64,000 nucleotides of DNA from Bugula neritina. Taxonomy: Eukaryota; Animalia; Bryozoa. Below the pieces are notes generated by a model that did no database searches, was not told the origin of the DNA, and worked only from the letters and a program-made list of their open reading frames with translations. Below are positions 55,906 to 64,000 of the stretch, piece after piece (within the stretch, counting starts at the first letter, position 1; each line of letters starts with the position of its first letter). The DNA lies in the NCBI GenBank assembly GCA_964035545.1, contig OZ037769.1, positions 9,826,633-9,890,632 on the forward strand. Direction: 5' to 3'. A program made the translations under genes and the position numbers.

Positions 55906-58900
55906 TTAAGAGGGCACATAGTCTGCCATCCAACTAGGTGGCTTCCGTTCTCTGGTTGAACGTCTTAGATTGTCGCTATGATTGGCGCTCTCGGTGGTGT
56001 CAACCTGGGTACTACTAGCGTTTTGTTTAGGATCCTTTGGTGTCTCAGGACTCGCTGGCTCCGTGACGAGTGGTCTGATGTCTCGCCGGTTTCTCCGAAA
56101 GAGGTTGTTGTTAAGTTGTATGGCATAGGCTCTGCTACTCAATTGTTTGTTAATTTGCGCCTCCTGCCATTTTCTCCGGTGCTGACTCCAGTCTCGAACC
56201 AAAACTGGTTGCCCTTCTTTCAGCACTGCCAAATCTCTTGCACCGTCATTGCATCTCTGCTGCAGTTTTTCATTGCGGCCCTGCTTTTCCCACCAACCTT
56301 GGTTGTTCTCTGTTTCTGGCTGAACTTGTGGGAGTACTGACCTGGTGGGTCTTCCGATAAGTTGCTGAATTGGGCTGGCCGTCAGGCCTTCTTTGGTGGT
56401 GTTGAGATGTTCCAGTAACGCAAGTTCGGGCTCTTCACATCTGCGGAGTATACGTTTGGCTATCTTCACAGCAGACTCTGCCTTCCCATTGGACTGAGGA
56501 TGATATGGAGAGCTGGTGGTGTGTGTGAAATTCCATGATTGGCTGAAAGTGGAAAACTGGTGCGAGGTAAACTGTGGTCCGTTGTCAGTGTGAACCTGTC
56601 TGGGTATTCCCAGGCGTCCAAAACAGCGCTTTATGGAGTTGATAACAGCCTCTGCTGTTTGGTTGTCCAGTCGGTCATATTCAAGGTAGTCAGTCGTATA
56701 GTCAACAATAGTAATGTAGTGAGTGTGATTGTATTCAAACAAGTCAATTCCTACTTTGGTCCAGGGTTGTTGGGGAACTGTGTAGAGTAAAAGTGTTTCC
56801 TTCTGTTGCCGGGGAGCATCCAGTTGACATTGTCGACAGTTAGCAATATTGTTTTTGATGTCATTGGTGATGCCAAGCCAAAACACTGTGTGGCGGGCAC
56901 GTCTTAGTGTGGAGTTAATCCCATTATGGCCGGTGTGAAGTAGTTGGAGAAACTTTCTCTGGAGTGTCTTTGGAATAATGGCTCGTAGTCCTTTGTAAAC
57001 AATGCCATTGTCAATAGATAGTTCGTCCTGAAAGTGTTTGTACTTGTCGTGAGTTGTGCAGTTGGCAATGTTCCAGTCATGTTTAATAAGGTTTGTCAGT
57101 GTCATAAGTTCATTGTCCTGTGCAGTAGCAGTCCTAATGTTGTCAATTAAGTCGTCACAAACAGGAGCATCATTATTTTGAGAGTCAATGTGAAAAATGT
57201 GTTCTGGTAGTTGTTGATAGTTGGGGGAGTCAAAGTATGAGTCTCTTGAGAGTAAGTCAGCCGTGATCTGTTCAGCACCCTTTTGCCAAGTTACCTTAAT
57301 GTTGGGGTATCTTTGTAAGTGAAGAAGCATAGCCTGCAACCTCCGAGATGCCTTATGAATGGATTTCCTGAAAATAGATACAAGGGGTTTGTGGTCAGTT
57401 TGGATAGTGACAGCATGGTGACCAAAGATATACTGGTCAAAGCGTTCAGTGCCAAACACTATGGCAAGGCACTCAAGCTCTAGTGGCACATAGTTCTGTT
57501 CCGATTTTGTTAAACTGCGAGATGCATATGCTACAGGCTTGCCTCCTTGCATGAGTGTTGCACCCACACCAGCATTTGAAGCGTCAGTTTGTATAGTTAC
57601 TGGCTTGTTGCAGTCAAAGTATTGTAGAGTTTCTGAGTCAGTTAGTAAGGTCTTCAGTCTATTAAAAGCGTTCATTTGGTCGTCAGTCCAGTGAAAGTCT
57701 TGAGCATTGTCTTGTGTCAGTAAACGTCGTAATGGTTCAGATTCCGATGCTAGGTTGCTAATAAATTTTGACATGTATGTGATGTGACCAAGGAATCGTT
57801 TTACTCCCTGTGGAGATGAGGGAGGTTCCATCTTAAGAATGGCTTTTACTTTGTTAGGATCTGGTTTAAGTCCATTAGTTGTCAGTATGTGTCCAATGTA
57901 AGGTAGTTCGTCCTGAAGGAAGCGGGATTTTTCCTTGTTCAGTCTCAGTCCTGTCTGTCGAGCACGTTTGAAGAGCGCTTCAAGGTTTCTATCATGCTCT
58001 TTCCTTGTGCTTCCAAAAATTAGGATGTCATCTGCAACTATGGTGATGCCATCAAGACCAGCAAGATTTTCCGTGAGCCTTCTCTGAAACTCCTCCGGCG
58101 CTGATGCAATTCCAAAGGGTAGCCTTAGGTACTTGTACTTTCCTATGGGAGTCCAGAAAGTTGTCAAGTCTGTAGATTCCTCAGCTAGGGGAATTTGATA
58201 GAAACCTTCTTTGGCGTCACACAAGGAGAAAAACTTGGCACCGTTGAGTTGTGGCAAAACATCTTCCAATGTTGGCATGACAGCGTGGTTTCGTTTAATT
58301 GCTTGATTGAGATTTTGCGGATCTATGCAGATGCGTATCTTTCCATTAGGCTTGCGCACTGGTTGTAGATGGCTTATCCAGTCTGTAGGTGCTTCTACCT
58401 TAGCGATAATTTGACGTTGTTCTAGTTCAAGAATAGTCTTGATGAGATCTGATTTCATCGACAAGGGCACCTTCCGCGGTCGGACTTGCACTGGTACAGC
58501 TTCAGGTCTTAGCTCTATCCTATATTCCTGTTCAAACTTTCCAAGTCCGGTAAATATGTCATCAAAGTTAGTCAGTAAAGTCTGAAGGTCTGGGTCAGTA
58601 GTGGCAAAGTTTACATTCTCGCTTTTGGTGCTGGGCATTTGTAATAAATCCAGGTGCAAACATGATTTCCATGACAGCAAGCTATGTTGGGTGGTTTCCA
58701 CAACTAGGAATTTTAATGTAGTGTAACATCCTTGCTTGTTTAGTATCTGTATCCGTGTCCACCCTAGTGGTGCACACTTGCTCTGGTCATATAAAGTTAG
58801 TACAGTATCAGTCGGTGTAAGTTTCGGTCTACCTAGCTTGTCGTAGTCGATCGTATTCAAAGTATTGCATGATGCACCAGTGTCAAGTTGGAATTCAATG

Positions 58901-59857
58901 TCATAAATAGTATCTGCTTGCTTAGCAGTGAGCATCGCTAATAATTTACGATCTCGTACAGTAGTGGAGATAGTACTTACATATTGAGAGTCACTGTCTG
59001 AAGAGTAATTCCAGGTGACTTGATTGGCTGTTTCGGTTGAGTCGCGATAATGATGCATGCGTGACCTGCAGTATGTAGCAAAGTGGTTAAATTTCTTGCA
59101 ATGATTGCACTGTTTCCCATATGCTGGGCATGCTCGAGGTGGGTGATTGCCTCCACAGTTTCCACACCTAGAAGCACCAACTGATTTTCTGACGTTGGGC
59201 TGAGAGTGAGTGTGTGAAAGTTGTCCTCTGTGTTTATCAGTGTTACGAGTGTCATTAGAGTGATATTGATGAGTCGGAGGTCTATGTTTTACCAAGTTCA
59301 CTTGTTCGAGTCCATATGTGTTATCCTTAGTCATAGTCTTGTAGTCAATAGCCGATGCTTCTTCTCGTCTGCAGAGTTCAATTGCTTTGTCAAAGTCAGT
59401 CAAGTCAAACAGTTTCTTTCTAATCTTGTCACTTTCAATTCCCAGTATCAGTGCTTGTAGTATCAGTCGGTTGTACATGTTTTTTTAAGTCACATAGTCC
59501 TGCAATGGTATGTAGTTCAGTCAAAAATTCGTCAATAGTTCTATTTCCTTGCTTACAAGTCAGTAGTGAGTGAGTCTTAGCCACTAAGTTTATTCTTGGT
59601 TTGCAGTAGTCATCAAACTGCGTCACAACTTTGTCATAGTCAGTTTTGTCATTGTTGTCAGTCCAGTTGAAAGAGTCGTATATTTGGTTGCCTCGGCGAC
59701 CGATAGTTCTAAGTAGGTATGCAGTTTTCACTTTGCCTTCGGCTGTATCTTTCGATGTGGCAGTTAAAAAAAGTTCGAAGTCACGTTTAAAAATCTTCCA
59801 TTCCTCAGGTAAATTCGGTCCATCTGCTAATGGTTTTGGCGCTAGTAATTGCTCCAT
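55906..59857 (-). CDS. gag-pol: Gypsy E gag-pol polyprotein; one frameshift in an A7 run at 59480-59486
   Basis: ORF 59435-59857 (140 aa) plus ORF 55906-59478 (1190 aa): PR LDTGA, RT VADD, RH TDAS, IN H..H..C..C, GIDL, TDNG, AESAVK. Confidence 0.93.
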
Positions 59858-59888
59858 GTTATTTCAGTGTAATATTAATAATAATTAG

Positions 59889-59901
59889 ACTCGGGGCACC
59901 A
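59889..59901 (-). promoter_or_regulatory. Primer-binding site of Gypsy E, elongator tRNA-Met-like
   Basis: TGGTGCCCCGAGT directly after the 5' LTR. Animal elongator tRNA-Met ends ...CGGGGCACCA. Confidence 0.7.
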
Positions 59902-60812
59902 TGTTTTATGTTGATTTGTGATATTATTTCAGCTATCGTGAAAAGACAGAACGTGCTCGAGTTAGTTGATAAACGTAAGAGGCCGAAGCCGTGATTTATT
60001 ACCACAATATATATACACGAAAATACTAAAACTATTACAATAAGTGATACAATTAATTATTAAGATTATGACAAAAAATAGTAAAATAATAAAATAACAA
60101 ATTAGAAATAAATGTTTACATGAACACCGAACAAAGATTATTATATTTTGCAATTAGCCCTCAGCCGTTATAATATTATACTTACTAAAGGAAAATTCTA
60201 CATTTTTTATTACTGTTAGTTTTATCGTTCTGTCTTTTTGACTGAATCAACTGCGCAGTTAATTTTTGGTGTTACAATAATATATTAATATAGTGAATAT
60301 TATTCAATTTGTTCATATTCTATTGTATATTATTATTAACTTCTCCCTTTGTTTGTGATTGCATAAATCTGTGTACAAAACGTAATCAATTCTAGTATCT
60401 CAATTGTTAGTAGAAAGTAAGTCGTATATTTGTTTCAAAGTTATTAAAAAGTAATTCTTGTGTTGATACCCATCTGATCTTAAAATAGTAATAGTTTTAG
60501 ATAACATAAAAATCTGACATTTACATTCGCATAACCACAGCTGAACAGTAGTAGACCATAATATTTTTAGTCTCACTGAACACTTTCCTTTATCATACTC
60601 CGACATAATAGTTATAGTAGATATTAATATAGAGATTTGAACTATACTACTCAGTTCCACTACCCGATCCAACACCGCGGCTACAAACAAACATCTTAAC
60701 CTTGGCTTTGCTTTGCGCTACTCTACATCAGCACGTCATACATTACATCTAAAAGAACATTAGAATAATTGAGTGGGCCTAAGTGACAACTATAACAATA
60801 ATTGACTCTTCA

Positions 60813-61208
60813 GTAGAAGACGCTAGTGTTATGCTTATGGTTATGGAGGTAATTAGTATCGACAGAGATGACTCGGGTCGGCTGTTATCCGACAGTATCT
60901 CACAGTCGACAGTGGCACCACTAATGCTAGCCAATCAGGACTGACATACTAATTGATAGCAGGTGGAGCTAGCTACTCGTAGTGGAAGCGCACTGAGTAG
61001 CTAGCCGGGCAGAGCAGCTTGGGACTTCATTTAGAGTAGTTGTGTGTAAATGCTCACTTATTATGTAATCGTTTCAATTCATGTTAGCAGTAATTAGAAC
61101 CTCTTGTATCTTGTAAATAATAAACTTATCATAACGTAAATAACCTGGTGTAGTGGCTTTGTTTAAGTTGACCCACACATAATATAGTGAATTGCGAAAT
61201 TCACTACA
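60813..61208 (+). repeat. B-family LTR (5'-truncated by the Gypsy C insertion) with a divergent U3
   Basis: 60905-61208 aligns to 38017-38320, whereas 60813-60904 is only weakly similar to 37902-38016. Ends ACTACA with no PBS. Confidence 0.9.
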
Positions 61209-61337
61209 ATATGTCACGCAAAATGGAAAACTAGGTTGTTACTGAAATGTTTTTCGCCACTTCTTCAGCCCTCCTGATTAATACCGTATAACTGATACTC
61301 AACAACATAAAACAGTTTTTGTCAAAAAGTTTCCTAT

Positions 61338-61690
61338 TGTAGGAATTCGTGCAATTACTGTGCGTGAGTTATCTACTTGCGTATACTTAGTTGGCTATTC
61401 TACTAGCAATTACTAGGGTAGCTGTCGAGTAATTATATTTATTATCCACAATAAAACATAAAGCAAACATTACATCAAATTATCCTATACATCAGTCAAC
61501 TACTAACACATGTTTCTACTTCAAGCCTCCGCTTACAACAACGTGATCAATTGTCAATAGCCCGGGAAGTGTCACGTGAGTCGGAAGCATATCTTCCGGT
61601 GCTGCTAATTGGTTGCTACATAAGGGCCTTAGTATTCCCAGAACGGAGAGAGGGCGATTCCAGTATTTGTACTTTGCATGACTCACTACA
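61338..61690 (-). repeat. Gypsy F 3' LTR (about 353 bp)
   Basis: TGTAG...CTACA termini just after the PPT; AATAAA on the minus strand at about 61438-61443. The partner LTR is outside the window. Confidence 0.75.
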
Positions 61691-61989
61691 CCGCCCCCCC
61701 CCAGCAGAAAGCCCTACTTTCTGATAACACAATACAAAAAAAACACATAAAGAAAAACAATACAATAATCCAAAAAGAAAAACATACATAAGTAAACACA
61801 CAAAAAGGAAGAAGAGAAATAGTTGAGTACGACAACATTTATATACAGAAGTAAACAGGGTGATCGAACACACACATCTAGTCAGCTATAAAGAGAGAGG
61901 GTGCTTACCAGCACGCGGGCCAATGTCGGAGCACTCGTCACTTTCCAGACGAAATACAGCTCAACGAAAGGTGCCTACCCCAGGCATAC

Positions 61990-63047
61990 TCATTGGGTGG
62001 ACTCTGACTCTTGTAGCGAGCGTGCTCTGTGTCGAGCCTGTCGGGCACGTAGCCGCCTCTTCAGTCGCCCCACTGAGTCCTTCAGCTGGTATAGACCTGT
62101 CGTCGTATCCAGCAGGTCAGGGGCCAGTTGCGTAAACTCGGCTTGTAGTTTTATAAGCCGCTCTTCTACATTAGCCAGTCGGCTAGGCCTTGGTGGGGTT
62201 GTAGTAGTCTCTGTTATTGGGGGTATTGTTGTTCCTTCTAATTCGAGGGTGTTGCTAGGGTTGACGGGGGTAGGAGACGGGCCCTGAACCATAGGGGACT
62301 TATGGTGGGCGGATAACAGCAGTACTTGGAACCCTGACGCTAGTGCGGCCAGGGTGATGGCCTTCTTGATGACTGGCTTGATGGTGTCCATGTACTGGGG
62401 GAAACTGTCCTCATCAACAATATGGTTCTCTCCGGCGAAGCAGCTCAACTTATGGACTATCACAGGATACGGGTATACATCGTGGAACCCGCATGGGCAG
62501 AAATGAAGTAGAAAATGGGCGTCTACATGCAGACGCAGGGAGCGGTGTGACGGGCACTCCTCGAAGCAGACCTGGCAGGTCCGGTGGGGTCCACTGGGTT
62601 CCCAGGCTTCCTCAATTCTCCTTTCCGTCGTGGGTGACACCCAGCGGTGTCGTCGACGAAGCACCACGGGTAAGCCATTCTCCATTACAGGTTCTTCTTC
62701 CATAGGTAGAGAGGTTGGCTGGTCCCGTGACCGGGAGGTGGTCACTCGAGTGTGATCTGAAAGAGTAACAGTGTTAAAGATTATACACTGAGGTACCGTC
62801 GGCGTGTACAGCCTGACCGGTACTCTGTTCAGTTACACTCGTGATATTCAGGCTAATGAATAGTTGATGGAGAACACACTCGCTATGGCAGATTATTTAA
62901 AATCAAAGTCGACGTGTATTCCCACCACTGTTTATCATTATCGAATCTCCAGCTCGCTAGCTAGTGTAGCTAAAGCTGACTGATGCAGTCTAGTTATCGT
63001 ACCAAAAACATAATTAACTCACCCTTCGATCCAGAATAGTAAGACAT
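61990..63047 (-). CDS. Predicted two-exon accessory gene of Gypsy F: join(63047-63023, 62756-61990), 263-aa C2H2/C2HC zinc-finger plus coiled-coil protein
   Basis: AAAATG start; donor G|GTGAGT at 63022; acceptor TTACTCTTTCAG| at 62757. The phase-1 join is in frame with the 251-codon ORF. Contains C-x2-C-x12-H-x3-H and C-x-C-x12-H-x3-C. Confidence 0.75.
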
Positions 63048-63070
63048 TTTGGAATGAGAGTGGTAAATGA

Positions 63071-64000
63071 TTACTGTTTAGTGGCACGTCTACTCTTGAC
63101 TGCATCAACGTAGGAAAAGACCGGACAGCGTGGTTGTGAAACGTGACTAGGGCTTTTCACTTCCCGCGGATGAATCTCGTGTGAGATTCCGCCAAGGCAA
63201 AAGTTGAGATTTCCGTGGTGTTCACAACTCCCACGTCTCTTTGCCTGTTTTCCCACGCGAGACCTCGCTAGACTCTTGTAACTGCCGCTTGTACCGCGGT
63301 CACGTACACAGTCTCTGAGACACGCTGGGGGTTGCCTAGTGTGTGGTCCTGGAGGCGTCGTCACTGTGGGAGGCGGTGTGCTCACCCGTGGATTGTTATG
63401 TCTCACGGGTGGTTTTTCCAGCCTGTTTGTGACGGTTGTTCCTACGTTGGTATCTCCTTGCGGAGCCCCTCCCACGGGGGTTTTTTGCACTTCCGGACCC
63501 GTTTTTGGTTCCGGAAGTGGTGGTGATGGCAGGCTTGACGTTGGGGGTGGTGGGCGCACTTTCAAGGACGGAAGTGGCCTTTCTCGCCTCGCCAAGTCTT
63601 CCTGAGGTGTCATGGAGGTGTTTCCGGCCAGGACGACAGTCTCCGCCTGCCAAGACCTTCTCGCACAATGCGTCTGCCGCCCGCTTCACCAGGGAGACGG
63701 CTATGCTTGTTGGTCTGGCAGACTTCGCACCGTCTCACTCTGCGCCGGATATCCCGCTCCATGTTGGGCCAATACCACCGGAGTTGTAGCTTGGTGACCA
63801 CCCCTTGGACTCCTCCGTGAGTCTTCTCGTGGGTGTCTTGTATCAACTCCCGGCGGATGGCAGCTGGGCAGACGATCCTTTTCCTGGCTGGTTGTCTGTT
63901 GTTGGCGGCCAAGGTCATGGTCAGCAGACCATCTGGCCCGACCCGCAGAGAGTTCCAACGTTGACAGTACAGCCGTAACTCGGCGCATCCCTGTCGCCGT
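63071..64000 (-). pseudogene. Gypsy F integrase remnant: HHCC region fused to the Pro-rich C-tail, catalytic core missing
   Basis: RSWQAETVVLAG (compare RPWQVVAVDLVG) runs directly into MTPQED...PPPPT...TRQPPACLRD. Confidence 0.8.

Larger units (their letters stand above)
55633..60133 (-). mobile_element. Gypsy E: full-length, very young Mag-like Ty3/Gypsy element
   Basis: 232-bp LTRs at 55633-55864 and 59902-60133, identical by eye. 5-bp TSD AAGAT at 55628-55632 and 60134-60138. Tandem Cys/His gag knuckles and RT VADD. Confidence 0.97.
43878..60812 (+). mobile_element. Gypsy C, host of three nested insertions; 5' LTR reduced to 52 bp
   Basis: 43878-43929 matches 60761-60812 (one mismatch). 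PBS, gag, pol, PPT AAGGGAGAGGG at 55329-55339, and 3' LTR TGAAGAG...CTCTTCA. Confidence 0.93.
55343..60812 (+). repeat. Gypsy C 3' LTR (about 965 bp), split by element E
   Basis: Starts TGAAGAG after the PPT and ends CTCTTCA. Its last 52 bp match the 5' LTR remnant. Confidence 0.85.
61338..64000 (-). mobile_element. Gypsy F 3' portion: integrase remnant, accessory gene, PPT, 3' LTR; continues beyond window end
   Basis: Integrase N-terminus RIVCPAAIRRELIQDTHEKTH...WYWP...CEVC is homologous to A and B. G9 PPT at 61694-61702. LTR TGTAGTGAGTC...GAATTCCTACA. Confidence 0.9.

Noticed and set aside
59478-59490. Programmed -1 frameshift at A AAA AAC in Gypsy E
   Set aside because: The heptamer is not in the gag reading frame and the required shift is +1.
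37898-61212. Single 23-kb Gypsy B provirus bounded by the two B-family LTRs
   Set aside because: The U3 regions differ and the flanking bases do not form an exact TSD.
61240-61270. TEMFFATS peptide resembling the Sola AEWxFFATSHGK motif
   Set aside because: Too short, lacks HGK, is preceded by a stop and lies on the opposite strand to the fossil at 36.2-36.6 kb.
61990-62745. env gene in Gypsy F
   Set aside because: No signal peptide or convincing transmembrane segment; zinc-finger spacing and a coiled coil are present instead.

Overview
Eukaryotic (metazoan-type) heterochromatin-like window with no recognisable host gene. The first 31.3 kb is satellite DNA arranged as a mirror: a 10-bp satellite (Sat1, 1-14562), a 128-bp satellite (Sat2, 14563-27763), a sharp orientation flip at 27763/27764, inverted Sat2 (27764-30986) and a short decayed inverted Sat1 (to about 31299). 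The remainder is a nest of transposable elements. In order: truncated Gypsy A (-); an LTR fragment and a decayed Sola-like transposase; Gypsy B (+); Gypsy C (+), which carries a TA-duplicating MITE, an internally deleted BEL/Pao element D and a very young Mag-like Gypsy E; a second B-family LTR; and the 3' end of Gypsy F (-). The most interesting signal is in F: between integrase and the PPT it carries an intact predicted two-exon accessory gene encoding a C2H2 + C2HC zinc-finger/coiled-coil protein, with consensus splice sites that join in frame. All alignments and counts were done by eye.
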